A stretch of 64,000 nt of DNA, taken from the NCBI GenBank assembly GCA_015680685.1, contig MNCI01002813.1, forward strand, positions 186,001-250,000, given 5' to 3'. Numbering within the stretch: the first letter of the stretch is position 1; each line of letters starts with the position of its first letter. Position numbers and translations under genes: made by a program. This DNA is from Gnetum montanum. Its lineage: Eukaryota; Plantae; Gnetophyta. Below, one piece after another: positions 11,285 to 24,900 of the stretch. The notes under the pieces were generated by a model. That model saw nothing but the letters and a program-made list of their open reading frames with translations, ran no database searches and was not told the origin of the DNA.

Positions 11285-13468
11285 GGCTACGTTCCTGTCG
11301 TAGTAGGCAAACTCAAAGCTACATTTATCTTCAAGTTCATGTACATCCAAAGGAAGGTTTTCTTGGACCTTTGCATAGAGGAATTTGTAACGCTCGTGTT
11401 GCTAGGCTAGGCCCTCAGGTCCCCGATTTTGGATCCTAAGGTATCGATGCGTTTCTAGCGTTGGGCTCAATAGTTGTTCGGCATCGGTGGTGCCTTGAAT
11501 TGTGATGGGGACCTCCACGTTGAAGGTGTTAACAACGGTAGTTGTAGAAGTCATTACTACTAAGCTAGGTAGTTTTGCAAATGTGAAAAGTGAGGAAATT
11601 AGAAAGCTAAGAAATTTTGCAAACTAAGAAGAGCAAATAAGTCAACAAGCAACCAAAAGGAAGGCTTTATATCTTGCAGGGCTCCTCTGGAACCGTCGAG
11701 GCGACCAGCCTATATCACACGATGCGTAAAAAACTACAAAAGGATGTCACATTTATGCTAGTGTGTGATAGGGTATAGAATTCATGCAAGACTACTGTAA
11801 AAAAGGAAAATCAATTGGCAATTGGAGGCTTTACATCTTGTAGGATTCCTGGGGAACCATCGAGGCAATCGATCTGCACTGCACGACACGTAAACAACCA
11901 CAGAAGGGTGTCAAGTTTACACTAATGTGTATCAGGGTGTAGGAGGCTTACATGACTACCGTGACATGTGGAAAGGCATCGAAGGCCCTTCTTCTAGTGC
12001 TAGAAAGACTATAGTGACCAAAAATTTCTATAGCTGGAAAAAAGCCAAGGGGCCATTAGTTGCTGGACAGTCTCGACCCTGTATCCGCGGGAGGGCCGTG
12101 CTGGATGGGACGGATATAGGGTGCTCTGAACGGTTTGGTTAATTAGACAGGTACTTAGTTGGTGTCTATATAGCCTTTTGCAACATGTAATTTAAAAATG
12201 AGATTGGTAGCATGAAGTAATTTTTAAATGCAAAAGAAACAGAAAATTATGTAAAGTGCAGTAGTAAAAAGGAGATAATGTAGAAATGCAATTAGAAAAG
12301 TGCACCTCTTCGAAGCTATGACCTTGCTTTTTCAAGATGGATACAATCGGTTACACAGCACTGTGAAGTGTAGAGATCCTGAGAGTAACCAAGACATGTA
12401 GAGTAGGAGGGCTATGTGCTCGAACACGGACTCTGATGTTAACAATGCAAAGTTCTACCAAGGTGGTAGAAAAGAATAGAACAAAATTTCAACTAAGAAT
12501 GCTAACTATTTACAATGTCTCAACAGAAATCTTACAATGCCAGAGAATGCTAGGGAGTCAAAAGTTTCAGAGGACAAGCCAGAGAGAGCGAGAGCCATAG
12601 AGATTTTAAGCGTTTCTCATTAGGGTATTTATAGGAACAAGGATGCATGAAAGATGTGGTTTGAATGCCACATGCCTTGGGCCTATGCTGACCTATCTAC
12701 ATTGCATGTGTTTGTATGATAGTTGGGCAAGCCTACCATGCCATAATTACGAGCCTTCCATGCCATAATTACATTGTGAGAGCAATAGTGCAATTAGGTG
12801 AAGTGCATTAATGTCGTGCAACTACTTGCCACTTTGCTATGCTCTATAGTGTAGCACATTGGCATGGTGTAGCATCTTGTTATGCATCTTGGTGCATGTG
12901 TAGAAAGCCTTTGAAATGTTCAGGCTATTCATTGCATGTGTGCTATGCTACATAGTGTAGTGTAGTGTAGTGACTGGCCTTAGTGGCAAAAATGTCGCCA
13001 ACCTATAAACTTTGCTTTTTTGTATTGTGAAACTTGTGAACTTGCTGATCTTCCCCTTTGAGTTGCCTCTTATCAACTTCCATAGAATTGCTATGCCTCG
13101 CTACTCCATGTAGGTAATCATAGCATAGCAGTAAACACAACCTGATGTTGGCCAAGTTCACCACTTTCTAACGGAAAGGGGACATTGTTGGAGGACTTGA
13201 GGTTGGATGAGCGGACGGGTCATCTAGCCTTTGCTATCCTGTACTACATTGCATAGCATAGCGTAGCATTGGGCTTCTACAAACTTCTTCTAAATTTTTC
13301 TATGCTACATGGTGTAGCATGACATAGCAAGGCTCCTTGACTTAGGAAACTTGCTAAAGAAAATAATCTGAAAATTAGATCATCCATATCCTAAAGAACT
13401 ATAGTAATGCTACACAAATTGCAAAGGCCTGGTGAAGCAAGAATGTATTCAAATTTTGGGGTGTTTCA
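11285..13468 (-). mobile_element. Tat-family element B: 5' LTR (12010-13468), PBS and leader/gag start, truncated
   Basis: Starts TGAAACACCCCAAAATTT at 13468 on minus, like the other family LTRs. TATA near 12625-12632. Leader is homologous to the reverse complement of 27570-28060. Confidence 0.8.
11986..12002 (-). promoter_or_regulatory. Primer binding site (tRNA-Asn), mutated
   Basis: TAGCACTAGAAGAAGGG versus consensus TGGCGCTAGAAGGAGGG, the complement of the plant tRNA-Asn 3' end. Confidence 0.7.
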
Positions 13469-14417
13469 AAAGGTAGTGGCAATAATCGTAGCATAGCAGT
13501 TGTAATGATGGCCATGGCTAAAGTAGAAATGGCCATAGTGTAGTGGCTACAGCGGTGGCCGAGGCCATGACAAAAATAGTTAAAGCATAGAAAATGTAAC
13601 AACCATGGTCACCAAGGTGTGGTGACCATGGAAATAGCCCCACTAAACCAAATAATGTAAACAAATGTAGCATAGCAACTTTCTCGGTAGACGATGCTTT
13701 CTATCATTCCTCAATGCACGCCTTGGGGAGACGTCGCAAGGTCCATGCTCCTTCATCCACATTAGTGAGACCTTGATGCCTACATTCACTCCTATATGCC
13801 ATCATCTTGTTTTCAAACTTGGGTTCTTCGATGGTTATGCTACAACTACTATGCTATAACTCTTTGAACCATGATACACTCTAGACTCTTTGCTTTGATG
13901 GTGAAAATGATAGGTTTACTATGGGTAAACCCCTATTTATAGCCTCCATGGTTATAAGACATGTTACTTTTTGGTACATCCCATGTCCTTGTAGCGTAGC
14001 AAGGGACATCCTATTCCCAGCAGCATAGCAAGGAACACCCTATTTCCTGCAGCATATCAAGGGACACCCTATTCCCTGCAGCATATCAAGGGACACCCTA
14101 TTTTTTGTTAGCATAGCACATAAATGCCCCAAAAATTTCACCCTATTTCAAACCTTTAAGCCCAGTAATGGTCCACTAGGACCTTAAACTAGAAATTTTA
14201 TAATTCCCTCTATATTATAGTCATAGTGATGATCTTCTATGATCTTAAACTGGCAATTTTGACATATAATTTTGCATGGTAATGATCTGCTAAGACCTTA
14301 AACTGGAAAATTTTTAACATTTCATAATTACCTTACATATATTTCATTGCATGTTACCATGTTAAGAAGGTATTACTTGACTTTTTTTTTCTTATTATTG
14401 TAGGAGTGCTTGGAAAA

Positions 14418-17020
14418 ATGGCTAAATATGATGATCTCCATTTGCCCTTAATTCTGAAAGGGCCCCATGGCCAGTTTATGAGACACTTGAATGTAGAGTT
14501 GGTAGACTTCAAACCACCCTCTTATAACGAGTACATAACATCCTTAGAAACACCCCTGGACTGGCTTGAACATCTTGTCTAACCCTTAGATCTAGAAGTT
14601 GGTGATGTAACTGAGGACCCCCTTATCAAAATCCCTGTGACTACATCCAAATGAGAGGTAAGAACATTGGACCCTAAACCCTAAACCCTAAATCCTAAAC
14701 CCTCAACCCCAGAAAATGTGTTTTTGGAGTTAAAATTGGACCCATGTTTAGCTTCGTAGTGTCAAAAGTGGGGATATGTGTAGATCCTGATAAAGTTAGA
14801 GCCATTGTCAACCTAGCACCACCTACAAACCTTAAGGAGTTGTGTGGCTACAAGGTAGAGTCTAATTCATAAGAAGATTTATCTCAAGGTTAATGGATAA
14901 ATTGCATCCAATGCAACACTTTCTTAAAAAAGGAGTTAACTATGAATGGACTAACCAATGCCAAGAAGCCTTTGATAACCTAAAGAAAGAGCTTGTCCAT
15001 CTTCCCAATGTTTACCCTCCATAGAGAGATAAGCCTTTTTACATTTATCTTACCACTTCAGACATATCTATTACTACTTTGCTCTACCAAAAGAGGTATG
15101 ATGGTTCTAAAATCCCTATCTAATACCTAAGTCATGTGTTGGTAGCCTACAAAGAGAAATACAATAAAGTAGAGAACAATTATCTTTCTTTGGTGTTCAC
15201 ACTTAAAAAATGGAGGCATTATTTGTTTTGAAGCCAAATAAACATTATTTGCAATAATAACATACTTGAATCTATTACAACCAATATATACGAAAGTAGA
15301 AATATTGCTCGATGAAAAGCCATAACCATAGAATTTGATCTACACTATGTAGCACAGTCATCTATAAAGGGTCAAGCAATAGCTACACAACTTATAGCTT
15401 CACCTACCAATGACAAGCCAGTCATAGAACCTAAATTTCTAGATGAACACATTAGTAGTATAAGACTAGTACTAGTAGACTTTGAAGCCATTCTCCATTT
15501 TGATAGGCTTCAACTAGACAAGGTGGCAGTGCTATTGTTGTTCTCACATTTCCCTCTAGAGAAATCTGACCTTTCACATATTACTTCATATTTCTTTACA
15601 CAAACAATGTGGTAGAATAGGAGGGTCTCCTTAGGGGCATTCTAGCAGCTTGAGAGTCAGGGATACAAAGCTTAGCAATTTGAGGCAATTCAAAACTAGT
15701 CATTAACCAAGTTATAGATGTATATGCTTACAAAGCAAAACATTTGCATCCTTACTATGAGTGTAGTGCATATTTAAGAGTGGTATGATGACATTAAAAC
15801 ATACTCCAACATGGTGAACCCCCACATAGCCTGACACCTGCCCAAAGGGATGTAGTACAAAAATGAGTAAGGTAATATGTCCTCGTAGGAGACAATGATT
15901 TATTCAAACACTCTTATGATGGGATATTGCTAGCTTATGTTAGTGGGGAGGAAGCAAAAAAATTGTTGATGAAGTCCATGAGGGACTATGTGGAGGGCAC
16001 ATAGCTCCCAGGGCTATGGAAGCAAAGATTAGGCATTTGGGCTACTATTGGCCTCACATGAAACATGATTGCATTGCCAAATTAAGGACATTCAATGTAT
16101 GTCAACATCATGAAAACCTCATACGTGTGTTACCTATGGAACTGCATACCACATAAATCACATGGCCCTTTCAATGTTGGGGACTAGATATCATAGGATT
16201 CATTACACCTAAGTCTTCTGCAAGACATAGTTTTAGTATTATGGAAACTGAGTACTTTACAAAATGGGTAGAAACTATTCCTCTTAGAAAGACCATGCCC
16301 CAACAAATTTGCAGGTTCATGCTAGACAATATAGTTAGATGGTTTGTCCTTCCCATGACTATTGTTACTCACAATAGGCCACAATTCAGTAGCATAGAAA
16401 CCAAAGCCTTTTGCAAAAGTCTTGGTATCAAACATTCTTTCTCATTGCCATATTACCCCCAGGAAAATGGCCAAGTAGATGCTACTAATAAATTCATCAT
16501 CAACCTTTTAAAAAGGATTCTTAGTAGTAGTAAGAGGTGATGGCACAAGCAAATCCTCTATGTGCTTTGGGCTTATCGCACAACATGCAGAACAACTATA
16601 GCTAAGACTCCATACAGTCTTGTATATGGATCTAAAGTAGTTTTACCTCTTGAAATATAGGTTCCATCACTTCAAACGATCCTTTTGAATGTTATGGATG
16701 AGGCACAAAACAACGAGTCAAGAATCATTGATCTTGACTCTACGGAGGAAGAGTGCATCCAAACACTTAACCACATCGAGTGGTATCAGGACAAGCAATG
16801 ACAGAGACACCATTATAATCTATACCAAAAACCAATCAAAAAGGGGAACCTAGTCCTCATTATCATTTTTGAACTTATGAATAAATTCTCAACTAATTGG
16901 GAAGGTCCTTTTTTGGTAACAAAGGCATATGAGAATGGGACATTCAAACTAGCTAACTTAAGTGGCAACAAGTTCCCAAATCCTATCAATCATTTGTACC
17001 TAAAGCCCTACTATTCCTAA
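14418..17020 (+). pseudogene. Degenerate pol (RT core deleted; RH, aRH and integrase)
   Basis: 'LNPRKCVFGVK', 'TNNVVE*EGLLRG', 'VHEGLCGGH', 'WPFQCWGLDIIG', 'EYFTKWVETIPL', 'YYPQENGQ', 'NWEGPFLV'. Many stops. Confidence 0.88.
14672..14706 (+). repeat. Interstitial plant telomeric repeat (CCCTAAA)n
   Basis: CCCTAAA x3, then TCCTAAA, then CCCTCAA. Confidence 0.9.
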
Positions 17021-17059
17021 CATGAAATATCACACCAAACACAAAGCAAGGTATGTAGA

Positions 17060-17310
17060 TAGTCTGCTATGACTATAAATTGGCATAGATAGTTTGCTAT
17101 GACTATAAACTAGAATAGATCATCCATCATGATGTTAAATTGGCACAACACATCTTTGGGCCATGACAATAAATTGGCACCCACAGCATGGTCTGCTATG
17201 ACCTTAAACTAGTTATTCCCCATCTACTATGCTATTAAACTAGCACATGACAGTTAGCTGGGACCTTGAACTAGCATGTTCGATGGACCACCAAGACTTG
17301 AAATTGGGTT
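17060..17310 (+). repeat. Tandem array of ~30-bp units downstream of integrase
   Basis: Recurrent 'GTCTGCTATGACYWTAAAYTRGCA'. Equivalent arrays at 24950-25310 (-), 36550-36700 (-) and 44120-44480. Confidence 0.85.
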
Positions 17311-18763
17311 CACAAGGCAACACCTCTCATCCCACACATGTGATCTTGTGAACAAGAGAGCAAGCATACTTTTGATCTCCTGTCATCAGTCCCCTTGGGT
17401 AAGATGGGGTGGGATGTTGTAGTTCTAGAATGAAGTTCACACCACCAAGGAAAAACTCCCTAGGACATTTGCAATGTCACTATCCCTAGCATCTTGTTGA
17501 TCTTACAAAGATGCCAGCCAGCATCTTACTCACCTTCTGAAGCTACTACCACCATCTTCGATTAGGTCAGTTGTAGTGCTCACCATTAGCTCTCCCTTCT
17601 AGAGACCCAAAAGTACTATGGCCTAGCCACAGTGTTGCCATCCTCCAACCCTCGGCATCATTAGAGTCTAAAAAAGCATTCAGCTATTAGGCTTCTCACC
17701 TTGCAGCTAGAATTCTTGAATCTTGCCTTTGGTGGGGATTCTTGAGCACCTACATCACCATTGCTCCTAGCCTCTTCAATGCTTGTTGTTGGCATGGTTG
17801 TTAAAGGTTTCCAGCCTGCCACTATTGAAGCCTATACTGGCCTTCCTACTTTGGACATCGCACATGTCAGACATAGCACTTGCCACCTTGGTAGTGTCTC
17901 AAGAAAAAAAATACTTTTTCATGACTTCCATTAATGGTTGTTTCATCTAATTTTCTCTCTATTGTGTTTGCAAGATAAAAGCCAAGATGGCATCATTTAG
18001 GAATGCATTTCACCATGAGAGAAAGACACTACATTATTCTGAAGTACCCACTTTGATTAGCCTAGCTACTTGAGAGTCCATATCCTACACTCCCTTTAGC
18101 CAACTTAATCTCCATTCCCTATCCTTATAAGTTCTAACTTCTTCTTGACAAGCTTCTCCAATGTACATAAAGCCCTTTCCCATGCCCAACCACCAAGCTC
18201 ATGATGGATGTAACACAACTCATCCTATGAGAAGCCTATGTAGGCTGGTCAAAGCCCCACATGGATGTAGCACAATTCATCTAAGGGAGGAAACACCTAT
18301 CCTACATCAATAATATGGTTGCCTCCAAATGGGTATGAGTGTGCAACTTCAAAAGAAAAATAAAGAGGGAAAAGATAAGTGCCCAAGATAAATGGCACAA
18401 TAGTTTCTTTGCAATTGTTTTAGCCTTAGATCGACCATCTTCAAGCACTCTAATGAGAGTTTTAAACTCAAAGAGAAAGATACTTATGTGTGCAGACTCC
18501 TTCATAAGCGTTCCAATGAGGGATCACACTATGGAAATAGTTCTCATTGCATCGCATCCTAAACTTTTCTTCCCAACCCAATTTCCTCAAACCCATCTCT
18601 TACCCCTTATTTTACATCAACCTTTGAGAACTCTCAAACATAGAAAAGCATCATATAAGCAGGTGTCAATGAATGATGTTGGTGTCCTATCCATCATGGT
18701 GTTTCATATTCTTTGTCGATGTCTCTTAGGTAAATCCTCTAGATGTCGACAAAGAGGGGCCAG

Positions 18764-20021
18764 TGAAACACCATCAATTTTGGACCCTCATGGTTCTCTA
18801 GGTGTGGTGCAACACTGGGCCATGCAAATAGCTTAACACCATAGAAGTCTTAATGCCTACAAGGTTGTGTTTAGGCATGTCAGCTATGCTCTTCCCCACA
18901 GTTAGCATAGCGCTCAGTTACAAGGCTAGTTTACACGAATGAAGCACTAAAATTGGACCATGCAGTTTGACAAATTTTCTATTTCCTAGGCTATCAAACT
19001 TGCTACACTCTCTAGCTTATCCAGCTTGGCATATGTCCTAGTTTTTGGTCCACCCAAGTGCCATGCTAGTTGTCAAAAGTATTTCGGATGGACAAAATAG
19101 TTCAGTAGATTTTCTAACTGAGGTACCTACTATGCTGCACTACACTACATAGCATAGTAGGCCACGTGGTGATTGAAACTTTCTCAAATGTTGGGTTAGA
19201 CGTGAAAGGTGAAATTGGCAATGATTTAGCCTTTGAAGATGCCTACCTCACTTCATCCTTGAAGCTTGAAGTGGATTTAGGGCCATGCCAACATGACAAC
19301 TTCATGTTCAAGTTATGTGGGACCTAGGACATGTGACATCCATAACATGCCTCTCTCCCTCTCTTGGATCTATAAATACCCCAGCACATAACATTCTAAG
19401 GGTTGGCTTATGGAAGTTAGCTTTGGTAAGAAGATTGGAAAGAAGAAGGTTGGTGAATAGAAAATCTCTGCATTGGAACTTCCCAAATCTCTCTCCAATC
19501 CCAACGTAGCAGCTCCCAATTTGGCAAGTATCAGCCCATCTATGCCCATCAGCACCACATCTATAGCCTTCTAGGAGCTATGACCATATGTTTCCATTTC
19601 CTAGCTATGCTTGTCCAATGCTGCATACCAATTGTACACACCCATCATTCAAACAAAAATCATACCCCCTAATTTTTTGGTAGTGCATTTCCTTACCCAA
19701 ACTCCCATTTCATTTCATTATAGCATATATGTTGCATCATCATGTATTTTTTCATGTTTATTATCTTGGTTACACACTTTGATATGCTTCTACTATTCTG
19801 CATGTTACGTTTTGTTTCATTCCAACCTCCACGTGTTACATTCTAAACTTAGTATTCAAAAATGGTTATTGGACACCACATAAGTCCTTGTCTAATCGAC
19901 TAGACTATTCAAGGCACCCTCTTTTCATTTTCTCTAGCACAACCCTCCCACAAACTCAGGGTTAGGCTATGCACCTGATAACCTCTTGATGTTCCAGCCA
20001 CCGATGTTTTTAGATGCTACA
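18764..20021 (+). repeat. 3' LTR of element A
   Basis: Follows the PPT, has TG...CA termini and TATAAATA at ~19371. Similar to 26341-27545 and to the reverse complement of 21933-23875. Confidence 0.8.
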
Positions 20022-20029
20022 CCTCTTTC

Positions 20030-21656
20030 TTGAAATTTTTTTACAAATTATGTATTAATATATATGGGATGCATGGTATGATATGAACTTGTGGAATATG
20101 ATATGTGATGTTGATGATACTACTATGATTGGAATATGATATTGTGGGGGCCTATTAGGGCATGAGCATTTTTTGGAGTTCCAATCCTTATTGAAAGTAA
20201 TTAAATATTATTAATTATTATTTTCTTAATCAAACCTTGAAAACACAAATTTTCTTCCAAGAGTTTGATTTAGGTGAAATTAGTATTGTTGGATCATTTT
20301 AGGAAGTACTTTCTAATCATGGGATTGATTTTCTTTTTAGGCATATATCCTTTTGAAGGTTATTATAGTGGTCATTTGTGTGGAATTACATGAAGTTTGA
20401 GAAATATAGTATTGTTTTGTCATATCATAGTATTAATGTTGTTTTGTCAAATCGTGGTATTGTTTTCATGGAATGAGTGTGACTATTAGGTGTGGATAAA
20501 TGTGGTTATGTTATGTTTATTTGGATGTGTTGTGCTTATGACATGTGTTGGGTTAAGCTAGCCAAAATGTGTACATGTCTTTGTGACAACACTTGTGATA
20601 GTTGTTGGAAAGTGGTGCTAGCATGAGGGTGTGGATTAGTTGGTGATGAGGCACCTTGGAGGTAGTATCGATTGACCCCCACTATGATGTTTCGGTAAGG
20701 ATCCTATTTCAAGCCTCATCCTAAGAGTGGAAGAGCATAGGTATGTTTGTCGCTAAGGTTAGTAGGTGGAATAGGTATGTTTGTTCCTATTTCCATTCCT
20801 TTAGAAGGCTAATGGTTGTGGGTCATAGGTTGATGGACCCTAGCACTGGATGGATAAATAAAAGACTAATAAAGGATCTATAGGAAATGGTTGTTTATGA
20901 CTACTCATGGAAATGTTTCACATGCTACACTGAGTGTGGCTATGCTAGTGACCACATGGGCTTATAATAGTATTATTTTATGACTAATGACATTGATAAT
21001 ATATAATATGATTGGATTATGATTATGTGGGTTGTAGGTATGATGGTGTGGGCATGATAGTAAAAATGATGTGATGTGATGTGCAATATGGTGTATATAT
21101 GTGTTGTTCTTAGCATGCACAAGACTAAAAATTATTGCAAGTTACCTTGTATCCCATTCCTCTCCTCTAGTGCAACACTCGTTAACCATCTAGTAGGGGA
21201 AGTGTAAAGGATTTCCACATAGTTGTGTACTAACTTTATTTAATTATAGGTGAAAGGCGTAAGAGCCTAGATGAGCATGAAGAGGGATAGTAGAGAAGGG
21301 GAAAATATTTAGTGTTTGGTTAATGTATGTTTCCATGTATGATAGTATGGACTATGTACAATTGTATGAAACTCTATGTACTCTTATATATATGATGATG
21401 ATGTTTATTTATTTTTGTATCTTAGTAGAAGATTGCACACTTTTTATTTCTGTAGAGACATGTAGTTTTAGAGATCGAAGTGTAGGTGTTGTTTTGGTTT
21501 GGCATGGATTTTTTGTTTAGTTTAACCTTCCTTAATATCATGTAGTTTTACATGTCATTAGCCTTTAGTTATCATGTTTTTGTTGTAATATTTCTAGTGA
21601 TCCTAGGCATCACCCTACCCTAGCTAGGATGGGATATTACATCATGGTATTGGAGC
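20030..21656 (+). mobile_element. LTR with tRNA-Met PBS, probably from a chromovirus (Tekay/Del-like) gypsy element
   Basis: LTR ends GGGATATTACA at 21641, followed by TGGTATTGGAGC (21645-21656, from TGGTATCAGAGC). The 5' boundary is approximate. Confidence 0.6.
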
Positions 21657-21932
21657 TAGTTTACTTCAATGTTATATGATGGTTAGGGTACTCATCCATT
21701 CGTGATTTTAGGTTACAAATATGTATAGTAGACATGGTCATGATGCTGGTGGGGCACATAGATTAGAAAAGTCTTATGATGGACAGGAGTAGCCTCCTCA
21801 AACATCTAGCAGTGGTCCTACAAATAGGCAACTATATCTTATGCAACACCAATTACATATCCTACAATAACATGTTGTAGCTAGTGGTGCTCTCATTTCC
21901 ATGATTAGGGAAGTGAGAAGTGGTAGTGTTAG

Positions 21933-24900
21933 TGTAGTGACTAAAAATGTCAGTGGTTGGAACACTGAGAGGTCACTAGGCATATAGCTTAACCCCAAAT
22001 CCATGCGAGGGCTATGCTAGGGTAAACGAAAGTAGGATGCCCTAAATGGTCTGGTCAATCCGATAGGGACTTAATAGGTATTTAATAACCTTCCGTAAAC
22101 ATTTTTTTTAAAGATGTTATGTGCAAGTTAAGTGATGAGTGACAAGTGTAAACTAATAAAAAATAATGCAAAATACGTTAATAACAAAATATAATGAAAC
22201 AAGCTTGAGTGAAAAAATTCACCACCCCAAGATCGGGGAATTTGGTCTTTGTTTGGCTGAATGTGTACAACTGATGGGCCATGTGGATAGGCATAGCTTA
22301 CAATGAAGCAGTATGGTCACAGCTCCCCAAACTATAGTCAATAGCTTGCCAACAAGAACCTTCTACTTGTCAATCTCTTTCCCATAGCTGATCACTAGGA
22401 AGCCAAAATGTCAGGATGTCAACCAAGAAGTACTAGAGAAGTAATTGCAAAATCCAATTATGCCAAAAGCCAACCACGCAAGAATGCTCCAAGCTAACCA
22501 TGCTAAAAATTCTTGAATCCAACCCCTTGAACATTGTTCATTGGGGTATTTATAGGGCCAGGAGTAGGATAAAAATGTGGTTTTCACATGACATGTCCTA
22601 GCTCCCATAGAGTGCAAATGTTACTATGCCATGTTGCTGTGTAATGCTGGCTGTGAAACTTGCTACACTGTGACCATACAGTTCAAGCTACATGTGCTAG
22701 AGTCTAGTGAGCTATCATGTTTGTTACAAGGATTGTCAATAGTGAATGCAAATTGGAGCTTGTCCTCCAGGACTACATCTTCCTTGCTCTGGCAAGCAAA
22801 GTTAAGCATAAAAAAAAATTTGGGGATAGTTAAGGGGTGAAAAATAGAGCAAACTTTCTTATTTTTCCCTTTGAAGATATGTTAGGATGAGAGTAACTAT
22901 TACCAACAAATTTTGGGCCTAATTGAAGATGTCTTGGGGCTTCCACATGACTATTATGTTTTTTACACTGCCTAGCATATTGGCATAGCATAGACAGCTA
23001 CATGCTATGCTATGGTACGTTGCATAGCATAGTCGCCAGTCTTTAAAGAAATATTGCCTGAAAGTTAAGAATACCTACCTGAGGCCTAGCTAGGCAAGAA
23101 ACTGCAACCTTGTCTTTCATGCTAAAAGATCTTAGAACCTACTAAGTTCATCCTTACAAAACTTTGGTGTTTTGTGTCATTGCTACACTATGCTATGTTG
23201 TGTAGCATAGCACAGCGTAATAGCCAATGTCACATGCATCCTCATCTGATCTACAATGCTTTGTCAAGAAACTCTGCTTAGGGCATGAGGGGGAAGTGGG
23301 ACAGGTAGTCTTAGAGGCTGAAGTATGGCCAAGTGCAATTCTCTTACTAGAACCACTTAGTAGAGGGCCTTCATGCATTCTATCCTTGCTATGCTATGCT
23401 ATGCTGCATAGCGTAGCACCCATTTTGGCTTGGATTTTGACTCAATCTTGTAAAAATTTTGTCACGGGATGTTAGTCATGTCCTGGCATGTTAGTAGAGC
23501 AAACCTGTTTGATAGTTGAAGCATGGGCAAATGTGCTTACTCCATCAAAGCCATCTAAGTAGGAGTTTTTTCAAATTACAATGATTTTTTACAAAACCTA
23601 CCACATTTTTCTATGTCATGTTACTCATGCATCAATGATGAAGTGGGCAAGATATCCTGAAGGACTGAGTTATTGTTAATTTGCATCTAGGGTGCTTGTT
23701 TAGTCTACTCAAGGCTTGCTACATTGTGTAGCGTAGTAGGTTCCTATAGTTAGAAAACTTGCCAAACTATTTCGCTCATCCTGAACACTTTCGGTAGCTC
23801 CTAGCATAGTCCTTGAGTAGACCATCAACTAGGTTAGGTATCAAGCTAGACAAGCTAAGAGGTGTAGGAAGTGATTGTAAAGTAGCACGTTGTGCCATTT
23901 GTTTTAGATACTTATTTTTTTGAGCTTTTCTATTATTTTTTCATTTTGAGCTTTTTCTTTGCTATACACCCACTTTCACTTGCAAACAACCTATTGTTGT
24001 AGGATAGGTGTTTCCTTCCCAAGATGAGTTATGTTACATCCATGTGGGATTTTGACCTACCTACCAATGCTTCCCATTGGGTGAGTTACGTTACATCCAT
24101 CATGGACTTGATGGTTGGGCATGTGGAAGGGCTTTTTGCATTGAGAAAGCTTGTAAAAAGGATACAAAAAATTGCAAATATAGGGAATAGGGGCTAAACT
24201 AGCTGAAAGGGAGAGTATGATGTGTACTTCCAAGTAGCTAGGCTAATCATAACAATCATTTCGGAGCAATGTAGTTTCTTGCTCTCATGGAAAAACACAT
24301 CTCTAAATGACACCAACTTGGCTTGTATCCTGCAAACACAATAGAGAGAAAACAAAAAAAATGACCATGGAGTGAAGTGAGGGCAAAGTCTTTCTTTCTC
24401 GAGACATTTCCCGAGTGGTAAATACTACATCGAGTGCATGCCATGTCCAAAGAAGGAAGGCCAACATAGGTTTTGGCAATGGTAGGCTAGAGAGGTTTTC
24501 ACCAAAGAGTCCAAGAGCAGTGGTGATGTAAGTGCTCAAAATTCCTTGCCCAAGGTAAATATCATGTAATCCAACTACAAAGTGAGAAGCTTAACAGCTG
24601 AACACATCTTGGACTTGGATGATGGTGAGGGCTGGAGGATGGAAACATTGTGGATAGGACACAATAGTGCTAGGCCTCCAACAGTAGGTGTTGACGGTAA
24701 GAGCTACTATGAAGATGAATGGATGTGGTAGCAGTAGCTCTAGAAGGTGAGCAAGATGTCAAAAGACATATCTAGAAGATCAGCAAGATGCTACATGTGT
24801 TCTAGAGGGCTTTTCCTTAGCATCATGAACTACATTCTGGAACTGCAACGCCCCACCTCGTATTGTCTAGGGAGTTTGAGAGTGTGCATGCTCACTCGTT

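Larger units (their letters stand above)
13469..20021 (+). mobile_element. Tat-family element A (3' portion): antisense-gene 5' end, pol, tandem array, PPT and 3' LTR
   Basis: Antisense TATA at 13934-13941, ~30-bp repeats at 13990-14120, pol at 14418-17020, PPT AAAGAGGGGC at 18751-18760, and LTR TGAAACACC...GATGCTACA at 18764-20021. Confidence 0.85.

Noticed and set aside
11386-11400. TGTAAC as an LTR start
   Set aside because: Homology to element D continues through this point to ~11285, so it is internal leader/gag sequence.
17060-17310. ~30-bp periodic repeats resembling a CRISPR array (also 40318-40530, 44120-44480)
   Set aside because: There are no unique spacers or cas genes, the context is eukaryotic, and these are retrotransposon tandem arrays.
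18339-18836. 165-aa ORF in the 3' region of element A
   Set aside because: It has a non-ATG start, runs across the PPT into the LTR, has no recognisable motif, and is not preserved in element C.
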